Assembly: GCF_006345805.1 (NCBI RefSeq) | Contig: NC_042997.1 | Location: 24,800,001-24,864,000, forward strand | Length of the DNA stretch: 64,000 nucleotides | Reading direction: 5' to 3' | Source of the DNA: Octopus sinensis | Taxonomy: Eukaryota | Shown: in pieces, positions 27,700 to 43,718 of the stretch | Numbering within the stretch: the stretch's first letter is position 1 | Layout of the letters: each line of letters starts with the position of its first letter | Notes under the pieces: model-generated | Told to the model about the DNA's origin: nothing | The model's database searches: none | The model's input: the letters and a program-made list of their open reading frames with translations, nothing else | Position numbers and translations under genes: made by a program

Positions 27700-27779
27700 C
27701 CACTACGAACGTTTCGATCCATTACAGGTGAGATGCTGTACAAATAACTGTCATACATCATAAGTACCTCCTCAGGTGA
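27700..27779 (-). ncRNA. Type I hammerhead motif H5 (CUGAGGA core, ~53 nt stem II)
   Basis: Minus: UCAC-CUGAGGA-GGU...AUC-GAAAC-guuc-GUA|GUGG. All conserved core nucleotides are present and stem II closes with G-C. Confidence 0.7.
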
Positions 27780-27789
27780 CTCTTCAAAA

Positions 27790-28190
27790 ACTACCAAGTT
27801 CTTTGCTTGCCGTTTCGTTTATTTCTTTAACAATGAAGTTTGGTTCTATAACATTACTTTCTCATTACATACTCTGCACATTGCATTTCTCGTAGATTTG
27901 TCTATTTTAGCTTTAACTATATTCGTCCGCAATGACTGGCTTAGAGCAGCCATTATAAACCCTTCCGTTTTTTTTCTTCCTTAAGGTCTCCGTTGATCAG
28001 CCATAACCAAGACTCCTCTGCTGCGACGCTGGAAGAATGAATCATTCCCGTTATCACATGCTTTCTATATACTACTTATACTTTTATCGTATTTCACTGT
28101 CTTTTCCACGGCTTTCTCCCAATCCTTTTGTGTGTAAATCTCCACAGACATTTTTGCTTGTCCTTCTGATGCCCCCCCCCCATCTTTGCT
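27790..28190 (-). mobile_element. Old R4-like fragment
   Basis: EESWLWLINGDLKE / GFIMAALSQSLRTNIVKAKIDK...CRVC, with frameshifts. Confidence 0.65.
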
Positions 28191-28239
28191 TCTGGGACCA
28201 ATAAAAGAAATCCTCCTCCTCGTCATCGTTATCATCAAC

Positions 28240-28305
<66 letters not shown>

Positions 28306-28721
28306 TAGTTTTATTTTTATAGCGTGCTTTCACTTCACTACCGAGCGCAGCTCTGTGTGCCTTGGGTATGTGCTGTGATTTGTTGTGATGCTCTGATGGT
28401 TATTGTATGGAAAGTGTTCTGCGTAGGATGTGTGCAGTGCCTAGTAGTGCAATTTTCTGTATGTTATATGTGTTTGTAAGTCCTGGTGTTTTTGTTATGT
28501 ATTTGTCTGAATATTTTTTTATCATGCCTAAGGCACCTACTATGATAGGAATTGTTTCTGTTTTCAGATTCCACATTCTAGTTACCTCTATTTCCAGGTC
28601 TTTGTATTTTGAGAGTTTCTCCATTTCTTTTAGAGACACGTTGTCATCTGCCGGTATTGATACATCAATTAGAAAGCATTTTTTTTCTTCATGATCTCTG
28701 ACAACTATATCTGGTCTGTTG

Positions 28722-31298
<2,577 letters not shown>

Positions 31299-31679
31299 GA
31301 CCCTTTAGAATTGGAATTTTGAAAAGTAAAAATTTTGCATTATGTAGCTTGTTATTCTCTTTAAGTGAACATTTTTTTCTGGTTGAAATACACCGAAAAA
31401 TGGCGACACAGCAGGGTCTCGGAGGAGATAATGTTTAGTTGAAGGCTACCAAACCTGTCATACACAGACAACTTCAGCTTTATATATAGAGAGATTTAGC
31501 TGCTCAACGTCACTACACAAGTTAGCGATGTTGAGGCGTTTAGCAAGTGATTTCAGGTCACTTTCTACGTTCCATGCTGATCCAGAAAAGGCCCGATGGA
31601 CTACTATTTCCTACCTGAAGAGTTTATAGTGAGACGGCATTTCCTAACACGAGCATTGCTAGGCTAACGTTTTAAAATA

Positions 31680-33782
31680 CAGTAGAACCTCACACTACGA
31701 GTGCACCATTACACGAGTAAATTGCTGTACAAGCCGAGGCCCATCTGAATTTTGTGTCTTGAAGTACGAGCGGAAATCCGCAGTACGAGCAAGTTTCATA
31801 CAAGCAACCGCTAGTCGACGCTGAGCTCGCACACGCTTTCTTAACAAGAACAGTCTCCGCTCGTTCAGTTCACGTATATATCTCGTTGTGGCAGCATCCG
31901 TCTTGTGTTTCTCCTGGTGATTTTGTTTAATTTTGTGTAGATTTTGCTGTTATTGTATAATAATTAGTTGTGTTAGCCATGGGTCCTAAGAAGGTTAGTG
32001 CAAAAGACAGTGCTGAAAAGAAGAAAAAAGTTGATTACGATTGAACTGAAGAAAGAAATCGTTGATAAGCCTGAGAGAGGAGTGCGTGTAATTAACATAG
32101 CACGTCAATACGACCAAAACAGGTCGACGATCTGCACTCTCCTGAAGTAAAAAGACGAGATCAAGGCCGTTACAATAGCAAAGGGTCTCTAAGCAACGCA
32201 CATCTGTCCTCGAAAGGATGAGAAAATTGCTTCTCTGGATCGACGAGAAGTAACTCGCAGAGGATACGATTACGGAGATCATCGTCTGCGAGAAAACACG
32301 TACGCCGTATGGGGATCTTCTGAAGCAGAACTCCGGAACATCAACGGAAGAGACATCAGCAGACGCATTTAAGGCCTGTCGCGGCTGGTCTGATAATTTC
32401 AAGAAGAGGACTGGTGTTCATAGCGCCGTCAGGTATGGAGAAACAGGGAGTTCTGATTCGAAGACAGCTGAAGATTAAGTGCGTGAATTTCGTCAGCTCA
32501 TCGCAGCCGAAGGGTACGTCCCACAACAGGTATTCAAATTTAATGAAACTGGCCTGTTTTGGAAAACATGTCCAGAAGAACCTACATAACTGCAGAGGAG
32601 AAGAAAATGCCTGGTCGCAACCCTATGAAAGGTAGGCTAACTCTCACCGTTTGTGCCAATGCGAGTTGAGGTTTGAAGATTAAGCCTCTTAATCTCTACC
32701 TTTCCGAAAACTCACTAGCGTTCAAGTCGCACAAAATCCTGAAGGGGAAGTTGCAGGTCAAGTGGAGGGCAAACGTTAAAGCCTGGGTCACCTAGCAATT
32801 CTTCGAGTGGGTCAACCTTGTCTTCGGACTGGCAATGAAAAATTATCTTCTGGAGAACAATCTTTCTTTCAATGACCTCATCGTCCTCGACTATGCTCCT
32901 GCTCAACCTCTTAACCTCGAAGATGATACCCTGGACTAATTTAAATTTATAAAAGCTATGTACCTTTCACACAGCACCATTCCTATCTTGCAGCCCATGG
33001 ACCAACAGGTGTTTTCTAAGTTTAAGCAATCGTACACCAAACACTTGTTTCGCCAGGGCTTTGAAGTCACCGAAAATACAAACCTAACCTTTCGTGAGTT
33101 TTGAAAGGAGCACTACAACATTGTAAACTGCCTGAAAATCGTCGATAAGGCCTGGCAGTGTAGCTGAGAACAGTTGGCAACGTGGTACTATGTTTCTAAA
33201 TTTGTAGAAAAATATCATCCTGAAAAAGTAGCTACAAGCTGCTTTATTTAATAACCCTGCTGTGGCGCATTTTCGTAACATTTTGAAAGGCAGGAAAATG
33301 CAGACTCGGCTTCATATGTTTCTAATGAAACGACCTTCAAGTGTAAATAGCAAAGATGGTGTGTCCAAAAGGCCTAAATTAAAGGATTTGAGAGAGAAAA
33401 CGCATGAAGCATTAATAGGAGATTCTCCTTCCAAACAGTAATCCTCCTCCTCCTCGTCGTCGTCCTCGTCGTCGTCGTCGTCCTCCTCCTCCTCCTCCCC
33501 ACTCTATCATCTTCCTCGCGCAAAAATTGTCCCATCTTTAAAAGGTAATTCAATTAATAAAACTAGTTTACATATTTCTTATGCATTCACTTTTTTTTTT
33601 AAATTGTCATTTTATCTGTAACAACACCTTTTCTGTTTTATAACCCGGTGGTTTTGTAGGACTGGAACGGATTAATTATATTTTAGTTAATTTCAAAGGG
33701 GAAAATTGATTTGCAAAACGAGTAATTCGTAAAACGAGCTCGGTCATAGAACGAATTAAATTCGTACTACGAAGTATCACTG
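31680..33782 (+). mobile_element. Tigger/pogo DNA transposon with transposase pseudogene (ATG 31979)
   Basis: CAGT...ACTG ends with TA duplications. MGPKKVSAKDSAEKKK HTH region; FNETGLFWK, VLDYAP and LQPMDQQV DDD motifs; EKYHPEK C-terminus. Several stops and frameshifts. Confidence 0.9.
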
Positions 33783-33829
33783 TATTTCCGGAGCGCTACT
33801 CCTATATTCTTTTATTATTTTCTTTCATT

Positions 33830-34222
33830 CTTTTACTTGTTTCAGTCATTTGACCGCGGCCATGCTGGAGCACCGCCTTTAGTCGACCAAATCGAACCCA
33901 GACTTATTCTTTGGAAGCCTAGTACTTATTCTATCGGTCTCTTTTGCCGAACCATTAGGTTACGGGGACCAGCATTGGTTGTCAAGCGATGTTGGGGGGG
34001 AGGGGACAAACACAGATACATAAACATATACACATACATACACATATATATACATATATACGACAAGCTTCTTTTAGCTTTCGTCTACCAAATCCACTCA
34101 TAAGGCTTTGGTCGGCTCGAGGCTATAGTAGAAGACACTTGCCCAAGGTGCCACGCAGTGGGACTAAACCTGGTACCATGTGATTCGTTAGCAAGTTGCT
34201 TACCACACAGCCACTCCTACAC
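33830..34222 (-). mobile_element. SINE family B
   Basis: Reverse copy with internal deletions. Confidence 0.8.
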
Positions 34223-34289
34223 CTATAGAAAACCAAAATCTGAACACAGTATTCATACACAATATATCAACAATCCTCAACCAATTTTA

Positions 34290-34635
34290 GAAACATTCTG
34301 GTTCCACTCATTTCTTGGATCAGTCGCTTCTTAACTGATTTCGCCAGCGCGGCGTGTGTTGAGGGAGCTCATTCTACGATATTTTCAATTACAACTACAT
34401 ATGATCAGCCTTCAGAAGTCTCACACTCGCGCCAAGTGCTGGGTTTCACTATCAATGATGTTTTCTGGCGAAAGCACGTCCTTAGCATAATTAGGAACAC
34501 ATTTCAAAGCTGTGCTTTTGTCTTTAGGGCCAAAAAATATTTCGTCCCCCAACCACACAGCTGTTGATTTTCTATAAAAAAATAAGTGATATCGACTATG
34601 AAATACTGTTCCCATATTTGAAATGGTGCTACTCT
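34290..34635 (+). mobile_element. Jockey/CR1-superfamily RT remnant
   Basis: LISWISRFLT..., LGFTINDVFWRKHV...FVFRAKKYF, MKYCSHI*NGA. Confidence 0.6.
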
Positions 34636-34644
34636 CATGCAGTC

Positions 34645-34797
34645 CCCAGTGCGTAACTGGTACTTAATTTATCGACCCCGAAAGGATGAAAGGCAAAGTC
34701 GACCTCGGCGGAATTTGAACTAAGAACGTAGCGGCAGACGAAATACGGCTACGCATTTCGCCCGGCGTGCTAACGATTCTGCCAGCTTGCCGCCTTA
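34645..34797 (-). mobile_element. SINE family A, 3'-truncated
   Basis: Head and body only. Confidence 0.8.
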
Positions 34798-34912
34798 CGC
34801 ACTCAGATATCCTGAACAGCATCACTGAGAAAGACCAGCTGTCTATTCAGTTCAATCCTTAATGTACACACCCCAGCCTCTGGCCTATAGGTATGCCGTT
34901 TACCTTCTCTCA

Positions 34913-35465
34913 CCCTAACCCTAACACTAAATTTTAGCCTTTGTTTTTTTTTCTTAATTGTTAAATTAATTTAAGGATAACAATTAAGAAAAAAAAATGA
35001 AAGGCTAAAACGAAAGGCTAAAACGAAAGCAATGGAAAATAATTTTAATTTAACAATTAAGAAAAAAACGAAAGCAAAAACTCAAAACAAAAACAAAACG
35101 AATAATTTTAGACACGCGTAACAATTAAATTAATTTAACAATTAAGAAAAAAAAAAACGAAAGGCTAAAATTTAGGTTTAGGGTTAGGATTAGCGTGAGG
35201 ATTAGGGTTAGGGTTAGAGTTAGGGTTAGTGACAGGATGTTGTCTCAGTTTTAGACGCAGCAAATGATTTTAGCTCAATAAAGGCCATAGGATTGGTTAG
35301 AATTCGAAAAATTAAACTACGTTAAACTTACAAATTACAATTTTCTCAAGAAAGCCAAGGGAAAAAAATGGTTTATTTTGACACATTCTACCAGTATACG
35401 AAGTTTAAAAGTGTTTAGTTAACTGAAAATTGTTTAGTTAACTGCCGTTCAAAAGGAAAAGATCC
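34913..35465 (+). mobile_element. Sister-subfamily telomeric-repeat element with foldback
   Basis: Right TIR CTGCCGTTCAAAAGGAAAAGATCC at 35442-35465. TTAGGG run at 35178-35229. Inverted arm at 34913-34972. Confidence 0.6.
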
Positions 35466-35616
35466 AAATGCTTTTCTTTAGACGAAAAGTTAATTTATTT
35501 CAGTGTTGGATGCAATGACTGGACGGCAGAGCAGATCTCCGTTGTATAGTTCGAAAAAACAGTTAGAATGTTTTCCTTTTGAGAAGAATATCTTTAATAT
35601 TTATGGAGGCTATTTA

Positions 35617-35985
35617 AGGCGGTGAGCCGGAAGAATCGTTAGCACGCCAGGCGAAATGTTTAGCAGTATTTTGTCTGCCGCTACCTTCTGAGTTCAAATT
35701 CCGAACGAGGTCGACTTTGCCTTTCATCCTTTCGGGGTCGATTAAATAAGTACCAGTTACGCACTGGCGTCGATATAATCGACTTAATCCGTTTGTCTGT
35801 CCTTGTTTGTTCCCTCTGTGTGTAACCCCTTGTGGGTAGTAAAGAAATAAGAAACATTATCACGCCGGGCGAAATGCTTAGCGGGGTCTTCGTTTGTCTT
35901 TACGTTCTGAGTTCAAATTCTTCGGAGGTCGACTTTGCCTTTCATCCTTTCGGGGTCGATAAATTTAGTACCACTTGCGTACCAG
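35617..35985 (+). mobile_element. SINE family A plus partial second unit
   Basis: AATATTTATGGAGGC is duplicated on both flanks. Confidence 0.8.
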
Positions 35986-36259
35986 AAAAGAATATTTATG
36001 GAGGCAGAGCAGGAGAATCACCTCTCAAATATCAATACAATATTGATCTATACGTACAGTGTCCAATACAAAATAAACATTTGAACATGATCTTACAATC
36101 GAACCAAAAGTGTTTATTCCTGTGGTTCCCAGTCCTTTTATTTAAATGAATTTTCTCATGGACCATTTTAATATGCTTATCCTTATGTACATATATTTAT
36201 ATATTTGAAATTTTGAATTTAGTTCATGGAGTTCTAGTACTACCTTTTCGGACCACCAG

Positions 36260-36660
36260 GGGTCCGCGGTCTCCACTGGTCTATACCATTCTTCGGTATG
36301 ATTATTTGTGCAATCCTCCTCATGAATAGTTATATTATACATATTCCATGCAAGAGGATTGAATAATGGTCAATTACATCGGTTGCCGCTCTTTTTTTTT
36401 TTCCCCCAAGTAGATAAACTTAGTCGAAGAATTTTAGAGGTGGATGTATCTCATTTGGTTAGTTTTTCTTCTTTTGGTGGAAAGCAAGCTGGAAATGATC
36501 TGGGAGAACACATGCAAATGCATTCTCCATGTGATAAGTTAAAGAAAATTTCCATCGAGTCCCAAATATAAGGTTCAAACTTTACCTCCATATTGGTTGA
36601 TAGGTGAAAGAAACAAAAGTGGACCATTAAAGACATCATCACACAAATGAATAAAAAAAT
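36260..36660 (-). pseudogene. MULE/Mutator transposase remnant
   Basis: CFFHL / QPIWR, NAFACVLPD and PLFNPLAWNMYNITIHEEDCTNNHTEEWY resemble the MULE CxxH...W and WNV...RTNN..E.W motifs. Confidence 0.5.
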
Positions 36661-36679
36661 CATGAATAGCACAGACGTG

Positions 36680-37030
36680 ACCGCGTGGTAAGAAGCTTGT
36701 TTCTCAACAATATGGTTCCGGGTTCAGTCCCACTGCGTGGCACCTTGGGCAAGTGTCTTCGAACACTTATGAGTGGATTTATTTCGCGGAAACTGAAAGA
36801 AGCCTAATAAATATATGTGTATATATTTGTGTGTCTTTGTGTCTGCTTGTCCCTCCACCGGTTGATAACTGGTGTTGGTGTGTTTATGTCCCTATAACTT
36901 AGCGGTTCGGCAAAAGAGACCGATAAATTAAGTACCAGTCTTTAAAAAAGCAAAAGTTCTGGGATCTAGTTGTTGGAGATGGTGCCACTGAATGACCGCA
37001 GTCAAATGACTGAAACAAGTGAAAGATAAC
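36680..37030 (+). mobile_element. SINE family B, diverged
   Basis: GGTTCAGTCCCACTGCGTGGCACCTTGGGCAAG ... GACTGAAACAAG. Confidence 0.7.
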
Positions 37031-37353
37031 AGATAGAAGAAGCCAATTCAAATTAATTGTGATATCAGTTACGTTGCGGTCCATATCACTATTAGTGAAA
37101 CATCGTAACATGAATTCTTGGACAATGATAACGATAGCCATAAAGACTAAGCGGCGATATACACTACAAATACTGATATGGATGGCATGCAACAAGTGTA
37201 ACAAATGAAGACAGCTCTCGAAAGTGCCACGAGAAAACCAGGAAATATGAATATGGTGCTCGCGGGAGAAAGCACCGGGACTCCGTGTCGATTATCGGCA
37301 CCATTGTTATGAATCCTAAAATATTCTTAAACAATATTTCCTGTAACTCTAAG

Positions 37354-37762
37354 GCGGCGAGCTGGCAGAATCGTTAGCACGCCGGGCGAAACGCGTAGCC
37401 GTATTTCGTCTGCCGTTACGTTCTGAGTTCAAATTCCGCCAAGGTCGTCTTTGCCTTTCATCCTTTCGGGGTCGATTAAGTACCAGTTACGCACTGAAGT
37501 CGATGTAATCGACGTAATCCGTTCGTCTGTCCTTGTTTGTCCCCTCTATGTTTAGCCCCTATGGGTAGTAAAGAAATAGGTATTTCGTCTGCTGTTACGC
37601 TCTGAGTTCAAATTCCGCCGAGGTCGACTTTGCCTTTCATCCTTTCGGGCTCGATTAAATAAGTACCAGTTACGCACTGGGGTCGTTGTAATCGACTTAA
37701 TCCCTTTGTGTGTCCTTGTCTGTCCCTTCTATGTTTAGCCCTCTGTGGGCAATAAAGAAATA
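37354..37762 (+). mobile_element. SINE family A dimer (full copy + headless copy with tail 1)
   Basis: Junction GAAATAG-GTATTTCGTCTGC. Confidence 0.8.
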
Positions 37763-38489
37763 AATATTTCTTGAAACTCTTCTCTGATTTTCTGCTTGTT
37801 CAATGGACCATCTAAGGAGTGGCAAATCGTAGTTCCCCCCACCCAGGTGAATACTAATTTTCGATATGCTAACTGATGAGAGATAGAGTAAAACGCTGAG
37901 AAATCCTTCAGTAATGATAGCATGGAGGACGTTACTTTCAACGTGGAATATTTCTATGTTTTATTTCCTTGGTTTTTTCTTTTTCTAAAAGTTGGGCCTT
38001 AAATTGGACACTATAGATTCATGCTAATTATGAGGAGTTTTTATGCGGTGTCAAACGGCGGATAAACTCAGACAAATCAATGACTATGTATATATGAATG
38101 TCAATATATGTGTATTTATATCTGCATATAAATGTACATGGGAAATATGTACTTTCATGTAAAACTTACTCTGTTTCTGGTCACTAATAATTTGATTTTC
38201 TTTTTGCTCGTTGCCAATTTAACAGCATCAAACACTTAGAGCCTAGCACACGTGCTGCACAAATGGGTGTCCCTATAAATTTGAAATGTGGCTAGTTTTG
38301 TGTCCTCTTTTATTCTTAAGCTCAGGTCAACAACCGAACATCTTGGAAGAACAATAAGTCTAAAACACATTGGACCATTTCCGTAAATCCAGGTTCCACG
38401 GATTACAGGTTGGGAACCGTTGGTATCATTTTCTTTCTGTATCTCTTCTTGAAATGCGGCTATGCTAGGGTATCGCTTTGAAAGGTTTT

Positions 38490-38800
38490 TAGTTGTTTGA
38501 ATCGACCCTAGCATCTAGTGCTCATTCTATCGGTTTCCATGCCGAACTGCTAAGTTACGGCGACAAAAACAAACCAGCGTCGGTTGCCAAGCGGTCGAAG
38601 TGGACAAACATACACAACGTTACAAATACACACATACATACACACTTGTATATACGACGGGATTCTTTCAGTTTCCGTTTACAAAATTCACTCAGAAGGC
38701 TTTTGTCACCCCGAGCTAGAGAAGAGACTTTCTCAAGCTGCCATGCAGTGGGACTGAAACGGAAACCATGTTTGGAAGAAAGCCGCTCACCACTCAACCA
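38490..38800 (-). mobile_element. SINE family B, diverged
   Basis: Aligns loosely on the minus strand. Confidence 0.6.
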
Positions 38801-39694
38801 CGCTTGCAGAGAAAATATTCATCAGTCGTTTGATATATTCACTATATTTCCTTCTCTTCTCTCTCCCTTCCTCTCACATTCAGATATTTTGCAAACTGCT
38901 TCAATCATTAACTGTCTCATTCATGTAAATTCTGCCTTTCATCTAGCTTTTATTGGTTGTAAAAATTGAACAAATTAGTTGAAAAATAGACATACAATAA
39001 ATAAAAGATTGAAAAGTACGTTTGAACGCATTTTGAATTAATCTGCTGCAGACAGAAGCTAATACAGATGTGAATAAAAGAAAAGAACAAAAAGCTTACG
39101 CAACACATATAAATCAACCTAGAGTGAAATACTCTCAAAACATGTGACATTCATGTGAACTCCGATATTCATAAGTAAAGCTATCCACTTTCATTGAATA
39201 GATATATCAAAATGTAAAGAAAAGGTTAAACAAAACAGAATTTTTTTGAAAAAAAAAGAAAGAAGAGATGTTCAGACAATGGATTCATATTGTAAAATGT
39301 GAATGGAGCATAGTTCAACTGATTCATTGAGGAATTTATATATGATGCTACTTCAAATTGTTCGTAAGTACTGTTTAATAGTCTATGTCTAATATATTTG
39401 TGCTCTGTGTTGCTGCAAACTGCCTGTGGATCTGAGGAACTGGTAAGTTTCGTTTTATTAATAGTGGAAGAGTTGATGAAAGTTTGGCCAAAGGGAATGA
39501 TGTCCGCCTTTAGTCCTTTTAATTTTATCCATCATACATCCTCTGCAATCTACTGGGGATCGGGCAGTATATGCTCATCACGTTCCACCAAAGACCGAAT
39601 TGTAAGTTTGCGGCTATCCTGCACCTCTGCCGCCCCGGCACGTTGCATAGCTTTTGTTTTATTCCGTCTTACAGTAGACTTTTACAAAATTTTT

Positions 39695-40092
39695 GGATCT
39701 TTTCGGTTTGAACGCCAGTTTTTTCTAGCAGTGTCATATGAAATTGTCACCCATAATTATGACCCTAGTATCGATCTATTGCATTTAAATCTATTTTAGG
39801 GTTAGGGTTAGAGGTGGTGGAAGGGTATCTTTTTTTCTTCACAAATGTAAATAAACCCAATCTGTTTCTTAAACGAGGGACATATTCATACGGCACAATG
39901 GACGTCAGTGATTGGTTGAAATTGCAGAAATTGAAGAAAATAACAACAAATATCTTACAAACTATAGAATTTTCTCAATAAAGCCAAGAGAAAAAGAGGT
40001 TTTATAAACATATTCTACCAGTATACGAAGTTTAACATTTTTTAGTTACCTAGAAATGATGTTAAAAACTGCCGTTCAAACCGAAAAGATCC
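39695..40092 (+). mobile_element. MITE with 29-bp TIRs and internal TTAGGG repeats
   Basis: GGATCTTTTCGGTTTGAACG(C)CAGTTTTT ... AAAAACTGCCGTTCAAACCGAAAAGATCC, with TTAGGGTTAGGGTTAG at about 39797. Confidence 0.85.
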
Positions 40093-40575
40093 AAGTTTTT
40101 ATCTTCTAATATTTAACTTTAAAAAAAAAAAACAACTTAAAACATGTCAACGAAATGTTCGTTAGAATACTGGAGGGAGATAAGTCGTGTTTTGGGCAGC
40201 AGTTTTGTCGATGCCTTCCTAATCTTACGTCAAAGAACTACCACAACCACCAAACCACCACAACTAGTAGAAGCGTTAGAAAAAAGAGCAACAACTGTGA
40301 CCACAAGGCAGCAAAAACGAAAGAACTGGACGGTGTATTTGATAACATCACACCCACCATAACTACTGCAAAACAATGAGGTGACGGCAACAACAACCTC
40401 AACAATGATAACGAAGACAAAATTAAAAAATAATTCAATAAACAACATTTGCAATACCATTGATAATCAGAATAGAACATAGCTACCACCACTACCTCCG
40501 CCGTCATTGTCATTGCCACTTGCATTAACGTTATTTAGGACGGTTTTATCATGGCTAACAAACAAATTGTTAATA

Positions 40576-40979
40576 GGCGCAGGAGTGGCTATAGGTGCAG
40601 GAGTGGCTGTGTGGTAAGTAGCTTGTTTACCAACCACATGGTTCTGGGTTCGGTCCCACTGCGTGGCACCTTGGGCGAGTGTCTTCTACTATAGCCTCGG
40701 GCTGACCAAAGCCTTGTGAGTGGATTTGGTAGACGGAAACTGAAAGAAGCCCGTCGTATATATGTATATATATGTATATATATGTATGTGTATGTGTGTG
40801 TGTTTGTCTGTGTTTGTCCCCCTAGCATTGCTTGACAATCGATGCTGGTGTATTTATGTCCCCGTCATTTAGCGGTTCGGCAAAAGTATAAGTCCCGGGG
40901 TCGAGTTGCTCTGTTAAAAGGTGGTGCTCCAGCATGGCCACAGTCAAATGACTGAAACAAGTAAAAGAGTAAAAGAGAG
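40576..40979 (+). mobile_element. SINE family B with duplicated 5' 17-mer
   Basis: GGCGCAGGAGTGGCTATA-GGTGCAGGAGTGGCTGTG head. Confidence 0.85.
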
Positions 40980-41219
40980 AGAGAGAGTTTCGTTTCGGCA
41001 GTTCGAATGCATGAATCAATTTCTCTATTGCTGGGAGATTTGGAAAAAGGGCAAGCATTTCCTAACCGTAATTGGAAGAACAATAAATATCCTTAAGCAC
41101 ACCGTGACTGGTCCAGGTGGACACATAGTAACAGTTTAGGGCTGAAGTAAAGAAAAGTGTCCCCCGCTCTAACACACACCCACACAAAAAAGAAAAAAAA
41201 CAAATTGAAAACTGTTTTT

Positions 41220-42800
41220 AACCAATCTGGGGCACCAAACTATAAGTAGCTGGAAGTAAAAGGCTCGACCACCAATACTTGTCGGCCGGTCCCACGGTGG
41301 CTGGTTTCGGTCCCGTTTTCCGTGGGTGGTTCACTGCAATGTACAGTGACATCTGCTCCGTAGTTCGAGTGAATGCTGACCTATCGGAACCATTCAGCAT
41401 CATGCGCTTGGTCTGTTAAGGGTGTCTGCTTTCGTATCTTCCGTATTTACTGGTTCTAGAGCCACCGCCGTGGTAATTGTAGGCGTTGAGAATCATCCCG
41501 CGCGAACTAGGACGTGTATGAACGGTGTCATAGTGTCGAATACCAGGCACACAGACCTGGTCGGTACTGCTCTAAAAGAATACGAGACGTGACAAGAGCA
41601 AAAATTAACCAAGAAAAGTCAGTGGGCCGGCAGTTCGGTATCTGCAGAGACAGATCCATGCCATCCAATAACGTCGTGGGAAGCTGGGCAAAGGGATCGG
41701 TAAAATTGCTCAGGTTCTGGTTTGGTCTACATCTCCAATTGGCGAAGAACTGGGATGAGGTGGCAAGCAGGGTGGCCAACTTCACCTAAAAATAGGGCGA
41801 GAGAATGCTATTTCTGAATGGTCGGGTATTAGTGGGAATGATTACATTGCAACCGCCATATATTACCGCTTGACTGCCATGCCTTGCCTTAGTGTACGTC
41901 CGACCAAACTGGAGCTTATACTCTTCCACTTTCTGTGGAGAGGACCCATTCCACTGGTCAGATGCTCTATTTGTTGTCAACACCCGTTGAATGGAAGACT
42001 GGACTTGCTGTGACTACTGATGCACAGAAATACCCTGAGTCTGTGACATCTCCAGCGCTTTCTTTTCACAGCTCCTCTCTTTGACTGAGCTACAGTCCTA
42101 GATAAAACATAGACCGAGACAGGGCGCCTGGTTTCTAGAGTGTCGTTAGACGCTCACAATCCTCTGTCAGTCAGGCAATGCGGTTGGTGGAAGATTCTCT
42201 CTTGCATTGTATAGAAGTTTAGTGGCGGGCAAGTGCGACGACATTCTCGGGGAGACCCTGGCCTTCGATGAGTATCAGCTGGCTGGTCTGTTCCGGAGGA
42301 CTTTCGGGCCGGATCTTTTGAATAGCTTCCAGAAATCCTTGGCCTGGCAGTGCTACCAGGGACCGTTGCCGGTTCGGGATAGAAGTCTACGGGCATGGAA
42401 GTGTTGTCATGCGAGCTTGCCCGAGATGCGCACAAAGCCACGAAACTGTTCTGCACGTTCTCGACCAGTGCCACAGGATTTGTGGGTTCATTTCGAACTA
42501 CTGTTGTTGCATATAGGACGGATCCAACTATCGGCTGAATCCACCGTGAAGACTGTCGTGCCACCTTCATTTGACCGGGAAGTGCAAGTAGTGTTTTTTG
42601 TCTGGTGGCCTTAGCGAAAGGAGCTGTGTGGAGGAACATCTTGGAAGGGCTGAAGACAGTGGATTTTCTCTTTGATCAAGTCTTCATCAACTTTTAATTT
42701 TCACTTGAAAAGGAAACTCAGTGTAGAGAAGGAAATGCTGCCTCTCAGCAATTCAGTTAAAATGTGAATGAATGTAATGTGAATGGCTCGAGTAAACGGG
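41220..42800 (+). mobile_element. Tx1-like element, 5'-truncated RT/C-terminal remnant
   Basis: RLDHQYL...VRVNADLSEPFSIMR and KLLRFWFG...NWDEVASRV align to the 20-21.5 kb element. Confidence 0.8.
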
Positions 42801-43034
42801 CCTACTCCACGTATGCACCTCTAAATCAAGAGTAGATGAAGGGCTGGTGACACGCTTTCTAGAGATTAGGGTAACTTAAGTGTTAGAATTTTATTTATTG
42901 TTATTCTTTTGTTTACACGTCTTAATTCCACTTTATTTGTATATCTAGTATCCTGTAGCATCCCCAAAGTTTTTTTTTATGCGGACACTTAGTCGTTAAT
43001 AATGAAAACATTATTATTATTATTATTATCACTT

Positions 43035-43328
43035 TTTTTTTCTTCTTTCAAATTTGCTTCCATTTCTTGCTGAGTGTCTTCCCGACTCCTAGGGCAAAGA
43101 AACTCATAGTATACATTGGTAGGCCATTAAACTAAACTCAATAGTTCGTTCATTTAAAAAAAAAAATTTTTTTAAAAGTTAAATTAAAATACATGGGTAG
43201 TAATAATTCTCACATCGACAATTCTCTTCTCAATACGTGTGATGTACCAGTTAAGACAATCTTTTGCACTTCTTGCAGGGATGGTAAGCCAGGGATCATT
43301 CTCATATAATTTTCGGTTCCCATCTTGA
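43035..43328 (-). mobile_element. R4-like subfamily B 3' end
   Basis: TENYMRMIPGLPSLQEVQKIVLTGTSHVLRRELSM*. The 3' UTR resembles 19150-19230. TAA repeats on both sides. Confidence 0.75.
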
Positions 43329-43422
<94 letters not shown>

Positions 43423-43602
43423 TATTATTATTATTATATATTATTATTATTCTATGTTTGACATTTGCTTTACATTTGCACAAGCTGGCACCAAGTCTCA
43501 CCCAGAGACCTCAAGAGACAAGCTTGAAGTTCATGTTGGTGTTATGCCTAGGGTGCCATATATTTGGTTTTGTACTTAGTGTTGTACTAGTGAATGCCTA
43601 AA

Positions 43603-43661
<59 letters not shown>

Positions 43662-43675
43662 TAATAATAATAATA

Positions 43676-43718
<43 letters not shown>

